Made by a program: the position numbers and the translations under genes. The notes beneath the pieces are model-generated. The model did no database searches. It was not told the origin of the DNA and saw only the letters and a program-made list of their open reading frames with translations. Source: Promethearchaeota archaeon (GTDB lineage: Archaea > Asgardarchaeota > Thorarchaeia > Thorarchaeales > Thorarchaeaceae). Taken from it: a DNA stretch of 18,911 nucleotides. Positions 8,651 through 15,503 of the stretch are shown one piece after another; position 1 is the stretch's first letter; every line of letters starts with the position of its first letter. The stretch is from contig JBHLPF010000048.1 in assembly GCA_048939765.1 (NCBI GenBank), forward strand, positions 1 through 18,911, given 5' to 3'.

Positions 8651-9730
8651 ATGTCTGCCGAGCGTCAGAAGCTCAAGAGAAAGGTTCAACAGCTCAAAGC
8701 ACTCAAGGGTAGACATAGTTCTTTCACCACACTCTACATACCACCGACCAAGAGCCTGGTCGATGTCACTGGATTTGTAAAGACGGAGCTGGCAGGTGCT
8801 GACAATATCAAGAGCAAAGCGAATAGGAAGAACGTGCAAGACAATCTCACCGCGATCCTAAGCGAGCTCAATCTGGTCACTGCATTGCCAGAGAATGGCA
8901 TGGCGTTCTTCTTTGGCATCCTTGAGGAGGGTGGAACAACCCAAGAGATTCGGGAGATTGTCATCCCTCCCTCACCAATCTCACAGTTCACATACATCTG
9001 CGGTCGAGAGTTTATAACGAATGAGCTTGAAGAAATGACCCTACCCAAGAGTCTGGTCGTCATCACTCTGATTGAGGGGGGAAAAGTCACCATCGGATAC
9101 CTACGCGGCAAGCATATGGAGCTCGTCCGTGATGAGGACTTCTACATCATCGGAAAGACTCGTGCTGGCGGTCAGAGTGCCAAGCGATATCTGAGAATTC
9201 GAGAGGAGAAGATGCTAGAATTCTTCCGACATGTAGGCAGGATGCTGAAAGACCTACTGTTGGATGATATCGACAACGTAGATGCGATTGTGCTTGGAGG
9301 CAACACAATAAGGTGTCAGGAATTCCTGGAGAAAGGTGACTTAGATTATCGAATTCGAGAGAAGATTGCAGAAACCATAATTCCAGTTAGCGTCATAGAT
9401 GAAACAGGACTATACCAAGCCATGAAAGAGGCATCTAGGGTTCTCAAAGAAACCGAGATCTATGCAGAACGTCAGATATGGGATGGATTCATGGAATCCC
9501 TCATGAAGGGTGAGAATAATGTTGCGTATGGCGAAAAGGAAGTTTTGGACGCTCTCAGAGCCGGTCGTGCAGAAACCATAATGGTCACTGAGGATAAAAC
9601 TGCCCTCATAGACTCTCTATATGATGAGATTGATGAATACGGCTCCGATTTGATGATATTCTCTGCTCAGACAGAATCAGGTGCACAACTGAAATCGTTT
9701 GGAGGCGTTGCTGCGCAGCTTCGATGGTAG
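8651..9730 (+). CDS. prf1: Peptide chain release factor aRF1/eRF1 family protein
   Basis: 359 aa; NIKS motif (ADNIKS), YxCxxxF (YICGREF), GGQS (RAGGQSAKRY), YGEKEV and C-terminal FGGVAAQLRW. Confidence 0.93.
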   Translation: MSAERQKLKRKVQQLKALKGRHSSFTTLYIPPTKSLVDVTGFVKTELAGADNIKSKANRKNVQDNLTAILSELNLVTALPENGMAFFFGILEEGGTTQEIREIVIPPSPISQFTYICGREFITNELEEMTLPKSLVVITLIEGGKVTIGYLRGKHMELVRDEDFYIIGKTRAGGQSAKRYLRIREEKMLEFFRHVGRMLKDLLLDDIDNVDAIVLGGNTIRCQEFLEKGDLDYRIREKIAETIIPVSVIDETGLYQAMKEASRVLKETEIYAERQIWDGFMESLMKGENNVAYGEKEVLDALRAGRAETIMVTEDKTALIDSLYDEIDEYGSDLMIFSAQTESGAQLKSFGGVAAQLRW

Positions 9731-9733
9731 TTA

Positions 9734-10162
9734 TCAGTCCTTTGGAATGCGTGGCATCTCACGAAGCATATCTATATCCTCAGCCCAAGCTACAAGCTCT
9801 TTGCCCATATTCTCCAAATATTGAAGGAGAATGACCTGATATTTGTGCAGATGGTGTTGCTCCAGTTTTTTCTGCTTCTCGACATAATCTCTCACTCTTC
9901 TGGGAAGTCCTGCACTCCAACGCCTGACAGCCATCTCGGCTTTCCGATCGCTAAGAACTCTCTTGGCTGTCCTTGACCTCCGCTTCATAACCAGAATCTG
10001 TTCGAGAGTCTTCTGAACCGCAATTGTGGCCGCGACAAGCTCCTTTGCATCCGCCTTTAGGCTCTCATTTCGTGTTGTGTAATATATCTCCTTGATATGT
10101 CGTTTAGCTTTGATAACGTAGTTTAGGAGTTCTATCATCTCTTGCATGCTTTTAGACTCCAC
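9734..10162 (-). CDS. Hypothetical all-helical basic protein, last gene of the split-Cas4 cluster
   Basis: 142-aa ORF (GTG start, alternative ATG at 10147) 23 nt downstream of the Cas4-like gene; amphipathic helical pattern. Confidence 0.75.
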   Translation of the reverse strand: MESKSMQEMIELLNYVIKAKRHIKEIYYTTRNESLKADAKELVAATIAVQKTLEQILVMKRRSRTAKRVLSDRKAEMAVRRWSAGLPRRVRDYVEKQKKLEQHHLHKYQVILLQYLENMGKELVAWAEDIDMLREMPRIPKD

Positions 10163-10185
10163 ATCAAGAGAGATTACTCTTTTGC

Positions 10186-10851
10186 CTACGCAGCTGAGTG
10201 ACTACAGACATCATTTCTTCCATACGGACAGCCTCTGCACTTCCCTGCGCTGGGACTGGCCTCCGGTTTTCTCCCCTGATACCAGACCTCATCTAGTTTT
10301 GCCAAGGCTTTCAATACACGTTTTTGATTGAATCTTCTGCTATATACCGTTCCATCTCCACAAGACATGCAATCAACTTGGTTATTTCCAATACAATTCC
10401 TCGCAGTCCTCTGCAAGCAATAGACGAGAACTAGCTTGGCGGTGGCGCATGAAACACCAGTTTCCATCAAGGCAAGGGCATATAGCTCTGCCTGGAAAAA
10501 GTCTTCTTTCCTAGCTCTATCCGGAATATATCTTGTGGGAAACTTGCGTTCTATAATAGCATCAAGTACTGGTGCATCTTCCCAGTGGAGGATTGCATTG
10601 TCAAACCTTCCATTGAACCTGTGTCCCATCGAATGGACTGATTGTTCACTGAATAGAAAGGAGCTTTCAGATCCCGGCTTGTTTCTCAATTTGATGAATT
10701 CCTGAAGAGTCCATCTACTTGGTTGCGCCCTCCTAATTCGCCTTCCAGTTGAATGTAGGATTCCTCCAGAGTTCATATAGATTATTGCGAAAACGCCTCC
10801 AATGAATATGGCTAGTAGAATGCCATTCGTGAACGGATCCAATTGCATCAT
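10186..10851 (-). CDS. Cas4-like PD-(D/E)xK (RecB-family) nuclease, C-terminal catalytic part, with an N-terminal transmembrane helix
   Basis: TM segment GILLAIFIGGVFAIIYM; GRFD...IIERK and QAELY RecB motifs; C-terminal CRGCPY-x5-C Fe-S ligand triad; start ATG overlaps the upstream stop (ATGA at 10851-10848). Confidence 0.8.
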   Translation of the reverse strand: MMQLDPFTNGILLAIFIGGVFAIIYMNSGGILHSTGRRIRRAQPSRWTLQEFIKLRNKPGSESSFLFSEQSVHSMGHRFNGRFDNAILHWEDAPVLDAIIERKFPTRYIPDRARKEDFFQAELYALALMETGVSCATAKLVLVYCLQRTARNCIGNNQVDCMSCGDGTVYSRRFNQKRVLKALAKLDEVWYQGRKPEASPSAGKCRGCPYGRNDVCSHSAA

Positions 10852-11102
10852 CCTGCCACCCATAGAATAGCAGCTACTATTGTTGCAAACAAAATTATTG
10901 CTCTAATCAAGCGACTGAATGAACGGATGGGCTGGGGATTCAATCCCACTTCGCGATGAAGCCGTTCGCCATCTCTACTGGCCTCAGAGGGTTTCTCTCG
11001 GCGCGAATTTTGAAGGTAGAATCGATGTTCACAGAGATATTGAATTCGTAATTCAGACACATCTCGATATCGTCCCAATGCGCCTCTCCTTGAATCTCTC
11101 AT
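10848..11102 (-). CDS. N-terminal Cas4-like fragment (first Fe-S Cys and G-x3-H helix) with a C-terminal transmembrane helix
   Basis: DVSELRIQYLCEHRFYL...SEASRDGERLH matches the Cas4 N-terminal S-(D/E)-x-Y-x-C...Y and G-x3-H pattern; ends in hydrophobic LIRAIILFATIVAAILWVAG; probable ATG at 11102 (ORF is open to 11180). Confidence 0.7.
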   Translation of the reverse strand: MRDSRRGALGRYRDVSELRIQYLCEHRFYLQNSRREKPSEASRDGERLHREVGLNPQPIRSFSRLIRAIILFATIVAAILWVAG

Positions 11103-11294
11103 CCTACATCTAGTGATTGGTGACCTATGAGCCCTCAAAAGGGGCACAGTTTTCGAATTTGAGCGGATGAGGAAATGCACACAGGTCTGAGAAGTGTTTT
11201 AGCTCTACATCGCAATCATAGGAGCTTTACTTATATTCGTGTGACGTAAATCCTAGGATGTTAGACTTCACCAGCGGAGTCTGGGGAAACTTGA

Positions 11295-11726
11295 ATGGGT
11301 GATATGATGTCTGAAGACTACGATGGAGCTACGGCTGGCAGGGTTCTCGTTTTTGATGCCAACGAGACTGTAAGGTTTCCAGCACAATTCAAAGACGCCA
11401 TGGGGACCAATAACGGATTGATGGTGCTAGTGCACAAGGACCGTCTCATCAAGATTTTCCCGCTCGAAGACAAAGAGGTAAGCTTTCTGTCGGTCGAGAT
11501 TAAGAAACTTACAAATGACTTCCTAACACAACTCTCGCAGGTCTTCAAGTCAGCAGGCCTGGTCGATTTGCTATTTTCAACCGGTGTCTGCCTTCGTGGC
11601 ACAAGATGTTTCTATGAGTGTTATTTCAATCCTGGACAGCTTACCAACACCTTAGATGATCTGAGAAACGAACTTGCTGCATTAGAGGGCGTTAGCTATG
11701 TCCACATAGAAAACGTGCATTCATGA
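11295..11726 (+). CDS. Probable AbrB-like plus ACT-like domain protein (putative regulator)
   Basis: N-terminal VLVFDANETVRFPAQFKDAMG resembles the AbrB/SpoVT swapped-hairpin pattern; C-terminal beta-alpha-beta-beta-alpha-beta pattern ending LRNELAALEGVSYVHIE is ACT-like; true start may be 11304 or 11307 after GGTGA. Confidence 0.55.
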   Translation: MGDMMSEDYDGATAGRVLVFDANETVRFPAQFKDAMGTNNGLMVLVHKDRLIKIFPLEDKEVSFLSVEIKKLTNDFLTQLSQVFKSAGLVDLLFSTGVCLRGTRCFYECYFNPGQLTNTLDDLRNELAALEGVSYVHIENVHS

Positions 11727-11752
11727 TTGAATCGGTGAGTTGCTGAGGGGAC

Positions 11753-12388
11753 ATGCAAGACATAGTCATAGACCTGATACTTCAGGGCTATCTAGGTCTA
11801 TTCGTGGTCTGCCTCGCTATCAACTTGATACCGTTTATTAGCCCCAGTAATATGGTGCTGGCGGCCGTCGCCTATCTCGTCATGTTTCCCGGAGATCGAA
11901 TCCTTTCCGAGGCTATTATAATCGCAGCTCAGATTGGGATTGTAGTCGCTCTTGCCGCAACAGTATCAAAGGTCATCCTGTATTATGCGATGCGTGGTTC
12001 ACGTGTTGTTTTGTCAGAAAATATGCTTGCGAAAATAGACTTGGAGCGGAAGAGAGTAGAGAAGTGGGGGGCTATTGCTTTGTTTCTATCAGCAGGCTCT
12101 CCAGTGCCTGACGACCCGATCGTTATCTACTGCGGTCTTACTGAATACAGCGTTCCAAAATTCTTTGCTAGCTATTACATCGGGAAGGTGGCAGTCACTA
12201 TTCCAGGTGCGCTCATTGCATCAGCAGTAAGTTCGCTTTTTGGTTCAATGCCTAGCATTGTTGGTTCCATTGCATTAACTGCCATTATTCTTGGAATCAT
12301 CTTCAAACGCAGGTCTGATGAAGATGGCATCAATAAAGAAACCGTCAGTCCTCGTGAAGAAAAGGGAGAGCAGAATTGGCATGGGTAG
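11753..12388 (+). CDS. DedA/VTT (SNARE-associated Golgi protein) family membrane protein
   Basis: Multiple hydrophobic segments; IPFISP, ALAATVSKVILYY, SPVPDDPIVIYCG, FFASYYIGK motifs typical of DedA/VTT. Confidence 0.82.
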   Translation: MQDIVIDLILQGYLGLFVVCLAINLIPFISPSNMVLAAVAYLVMFPGDRILSEAIIIAAQIGIVVALAATVSKVILYYAMRGSRVVLSENMLAKIDLERKRVEKWGAIALFLSAGSPVPDDPIVIYCGLTEYSVPKFFASYYIGKVAVTIPGALIASAVSSLFGSMPSIVGSIALTAIILGIIFKRRSDEDGINKETVSPREEKGEQNWHG

Positions 12389-12437
12389 GAACTCTTAAGA
12401 GCTTCACGACGATGTAATGCATCGCTTTGGTGATAAG

Positions 12438-12833
12438 ATGGCAGGAAGAAGTACTGCAGAAATCAAATGTGTGAAATGTAAGAATGTATACGAATTCGAC
12501 GTCATTGATCACATTGACCTTTCCCAAGACCGCGACCTTCTGAAGAACCTAAAGGCTGGAAAGGCAAACCGAGTTCAATGTCCCAAGTGCAAGAAGGTTC
12601 AGTATCTGGATCGGAGTATAGTCATCAATTTTGAGCCGGAGAATCTCATTGTTGTCTATGATACTGCAGCCAAGAAGAAGGAAGTCCGCGAAGAACATGA
12701 GCGAGACTATCAGACTGTGATTGGATTCAACGAGATTCTAGAAGAGGTAGGAGAGGAAACTGAATTCAAGGTCATCTCTACAATTGATCAGCTAAAGGAA
12801 CTCGTGGTTGAATACATGAAATCTCATGAGTAG
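12438..12833 (+). CDS. CpXC-like zinc-ribbon domain protein
   Basis: CVKC...CPKC pair with the CpXC spacing (IDLSQDRDLLKNLKAGKANRVQCPKC); ATG at 12438 preceded by GGTGA. Confidence 0.78.
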   Translation: MAGRSTAEIKCVKCKNVYEFDVIDHIDLSQDRDLLKNLKAGKANRVQCPKCKKVQYLDRSIVINFEPENLIVVYDTAAKKKEVREEHERDYQTVIGFNEILEEVGEETEFKVISTIDQLKELVVEYMKSHE

Positions 12834-12841
12834 GCTGATGA

Positions 12842-13909
12842 CTAGAGTTTTCTCTTTCCAAGTAGGAACTCTTCCACCCATCTCTCAGCTCTGTACATGG
12901 TAGTTGGAGTGGGAGGCATCTTGAATCCATAGGCTGAGATTGACTCCAGTGCTCCACCAGTCTCTCTCTTGAGGGCTAGTTTTGCACCCCGGATTGCATC
13001 CATAAGGATAGGTCCTGCATTTGGACCGTCAGTGACTTCCATTCTGATATCAATCTTAATCGGTGCACCTCCAAACTGGCGGCCGTGTACATAGAAGTAT
13101 GACTCCCTGCTGTTGTCCATGAATGGAACAAAATCTGAAGAGCCAGCTACAAGGGGCGCGTCATAAGGTAGGTCCTGACTGATCGCGCTGCTCTTCACCC
13201 CTCGCTTCCTCATACGCCCACGGTAATGCGAATCGAGTGACTCAGCTCCTCCGCCCACATCTAGCTGATAGCTTTTATCGACGCGTACTCCACGAGCCAC
13301 GAGGAGCTGCAGCAAGTTCCTATGAAGCACCGTTGAGCCAAGCTGGTCTTGGAGATCGTCTCCTATCAAAGGCAATCCTTTCTCTTCGAATTTATTGCTC
13401 CATTCCTGGTCAGAGGCAATTGGTATTGGAGCGCCGTTGATGAATGCACACCCAGCTTCCAGACTGGCGCCAGCATAGAATTTTGTTGCCTCTTCGGCAG
13501 ATCCTGGCAGTAAGTTGATGACGACCTCTGCATCTGAGTCGCGAAGTATCTTGACAACATCTGAGTCGGATTCACTGGAAACCTTGATCAATGCCCGAAG
13601 CATATCATCTACTCCATCATGAATCGGACCCTTCTCTACTTTCACGCCCATCTTGGGAACATCTGCAAATCGAATCACATTGTTGGGCTCTGCAAAGATT
13701 GCATCTGATAAGTCTGCACCGACTTTTCCCTCCGCAACATCGAACGCTGCTACAAACCTGATATCTCTTACGTGAAATCCGGCGAAATCTGGATGGCTGA
13801 GACCCACCAAGTCGTCGCTAGCTTTCGCACCCCTATAGTATTCTACTCCTTGGATCAGAGCGCTCGCGCAGTTGCCTACACCAACTATTGCTACATTTAT
13901 CCCATTCAT
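12842..13909 (-). CDS. ino1: myo-Inositol-1-phosphate synthase (archaeal/actinobacterial short type)
   Basis: VAIVGVGNCASALIQG Rossmann motif, AAFDV..GKVG.DLSDAI, GDDLQDQLG, SYQLDVGG, DGPNAG, ISAYGFKMPP; GAGGTG SD before the ATG at 13909. Confidence 0.92.
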   Translation of the reverse strand: MNGINVAIVGVGNCASALIQGVEYYRGAKASDDLVGLSHPDFAGFHVRDIRFVAAFDVAEGKVGADLSDAIFAEPNNVIRFADVPKMGVKVEKGPIHDGVDDMLRALIKVSSESDSDVVKILRDSDAEVVINLLPGSAEEATKFYAGASLEAGCAFINGAPIPIASDQEWSNKFEEKGLPLIGDDLQDQLGSTVLHRNLLQLLVARGVRVDKSYQLDVGGGAESLDSHYRGRMRKRGVKSSAISQDLPYDAPLVAGSSDFVPFMDNSRESYFYVHGRQFGGAPIKIDIRMEVTDGPNAGPILMDAIRGAKLALKRETGGALESISAYGFKMPPTPTTMYRAERWVEEFLLGKRKL

Positions 13910-13945
13910 GCTATACACCTCTGACTACGAAGATAGGCTCGGGAC

Positions 13946-13977
13946 CGCACTCCCATAGTGCGCTTTTAAAGTTTTAT
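13946..13977 (-). promoter_or_regulatory. ino1 promoter (TTTAAAAG) with adjacent palindromic operator CGCACT-N5-AGTGCG
   Basis: Perfect 6-bp inverted repeat at 13946-13962, directly downstream (minus strand) of the TATA-like box at ~13963-13970. Confidence 0.5.
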
Positions 13978-14071
13978 GACCATATAATAGTGCATTAATG
14001 AGACGTATGAGACCTCGGGGTTGTTTCGTCGAGAAGAAATGCTTATGTTGTTAGGAAGCATATTCTAATCT

Positions 14072-14297
14072 GGACGACTGGCTGAAGCCTGTTGCTCCTC
14101 ACACATGCAGAAGAGTGTGTGACCGGATTCAGCGTCTTTCCGAATGTCCTCCTGTAGGGAGATTCGGCTCTCACCCAGTGTTCAGAGAACGGCGTTGTAT
14201 CACGTGGTTTGGAGCACCACTTACTCACGTTCAAATTGAGAGGGTGGACCTCAAATGCCCAAGATGGGCACCAAGTCTTTGGCTCCGGCCAGCGTCC
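14072..14297. ncRNA. Candidate structured non-coding RNA of unknown family (~226 nt)
   Basis: Ends pair over ~16 bp (GGACGACTGGCTGAAGCC / GGCTCCGGCCAGCGTCC) and enclose at least four hairpins; lies in a 420-bp gap with no convincing ORF. Confidence 0.5.
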
Positions 14298-14339
14298 CCC
14301 TCTTCTCTAAGTAATTGCTTCTTAAGGCATGTCTTGTTC

Positions 14340-15500
14340 TCACAAGTGCTCTGCCAGCAACTCAACAATGTCAGCGACGCCGATAGAACTCCCTAATTGC
14401 CTCGCTCCGGCATCCAGATTGCTAAAACAGAAGGGACATGCAGAAACAATGAGGCTAGCTCCTGTTTCGATTGCTTGCCTAACCCTATCTGACGCTATTC
14501 GTTTGGAGAGGTCCGCGTCGTAAGAACGCACACCTCCTCCTGCGCCACAGCATAGTGCAGCTTCTCTCTTGGTTTCCATCTCCGCTAACTCTATCCCCGG
14601 AATGGCAGAGAGAACCTCCCGTGGCGCATCATAAACTTTGAATTCTCTGCCTAGATGACAGGGATCATGGTAAGTGGCTATCCTTTTCCGTCCGGGTCCA
14701 CGAAAGTCTAAATCTCCATTTCTTATGAGTTCAGCCGCATACTCCACAATGTGTATCACCTGAGGAAGCTCAATACCGAAGCGCTCGGGAAAATCTGACT
14801 TCAGCGTTTTTAGGCATCCAGGGCAAGATACAACGATACGCTCAGCTCTTGCCACTTCAAATGCTTTCTTGATTCGTTCAGCATTCTCCTTAGCTGCCTC
14901 GACTTTGCCGGTCCTAATCATGATAGACCCACAGCATGGTTCTTCCTCAAGCACCCCGAAATCTTCTGCAGCTGCATTCAATATCTTCACAGTTGATATG
15001 GCGATGTTTGGTAGTTTCATCCCTGCAGTACATCCTGTGTAGTAGATTGTGGATGCCTTGGCTGGGACATCAAATCCAACCTCCCCTACCCAGTTTCTCC
15101 TGATGCTGTTGTTATCCTCATAGGGATTCAGATGTTTCAGAATCTGTTCTGTGATGGCATCCCTTGATTCATTTGGTGCATCACTTAGAACCTGACGGAC
15201 TTGCTCGAGAGTCTGGGTAGGGTCGAATTCAGCTGCACAGATCTCTGTGCAATTCCCACATAGCATGCACGTGAAGATCGACTCGACATTTTCCGCATTC
15301 TTCTCCAGCCTTCCATCGAGGAGCGCTTGTGCAACTTGGATTCTTCCTCGCATGAAGCTGGTTTCGAAACCACTTGAGTTCCTCCAGACTGGACATACGC
15401 CATCGAAGCCCATAGATTCCAAGACGGCATTTCGACAGATGCCACACCTTCTGCACTGAGCCAAGTTCTCAAGGAGGTCATCTATGTCTACTCCGGCCAA
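14340..15500 (-). CDS. Fe-S oxidoreductase, GlcF/HdrD-like (two 4Fe-4S motifs plus two CCG domains)
   Basis: CRRCGIC...CP and CMLCGNCTEIC; YTGC...CCGS...SCPGC and YHDPCH...CCGAGGG...ACPFC. Confidence 0.92.
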   Translation of the reverse strand: MAGVDIDDLLENLAQCRRCGICRNAVLESMGFDGVCPVWRNSSGFETSFMRGRIQVAQALLDGRLEKNAENVESIFTCMLCGNCTEICAAEFDPTQTLEQVRQVLSDAPNESRDAITEQILKHLNPYEDNNSIRRNWVGEVGFDVPAKASTIYYTGCTAGMKLPNIAISTVKILNAAAEDFGVLEEEPCCGSIMIRTGKVEAAKENAERIKKAFEVARAERIVVSCPGCLKTLKSDFPERFGIELPQVIHIVEYAAELIRNGDLDFRGPGRKRIATYHDPCHLGREFKVYDAPREVLSAIPGIELAEMETKREAALCCGAGGGVRSYDADLSKRIASDRVRQAIETGASLIVSACPFCFSNLDAGARQLGSSIGVADIVELLAEHL

Positions 15501-15503
15501 CTA

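Noticed and set aside
8379-8780. 133-aa plus-strand ORF across the pheS-aRF1 intergenic region
   Set aside because: Overlaps aRF1 in another frame, spans divergent promoters and has no protein-like features
10848-10863. Frameshifted pseudogene interpretation of the split Cas4
   Set aside because: Clean ATGA coupling, an SD-like sequence, intact catalytic and Cys motifs and a dedicated TM helix on each half favour two functional genes; not fully excluded without comparative data
9734-11300. CRISPR-Cas locus around the Cas4-like genes
   Set aside because: No repeat-spacer array or other cas genes seen anywhere in the window
14072-14297. RNase P RNA, SRP RNA or c-di-AMP (ydaO) riboswitch identity for the structured element
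   Set aside because: Minus-strand GAGGTCCACCC resembles RNase P CR-I but there is no complementary CR-V/P4 strand; no SRP helix-8 CAGG-GGAA-AGCA arrangement; CGCTGAATCC resembles ydaO but the downstream ydaO elements are missing
13998-14396. Plus-strand ORF extended through an in-frame TAG (possible pyrrolysine readthrough), and ORFs 14115-14396 and 14043-14234
   Set aside because: Translations have no recognisable motifs and atypical composition, one overlaps the Fe-S gene, and TAG serves as a normal stop for pheS, pheT, aRF1 and the GRE
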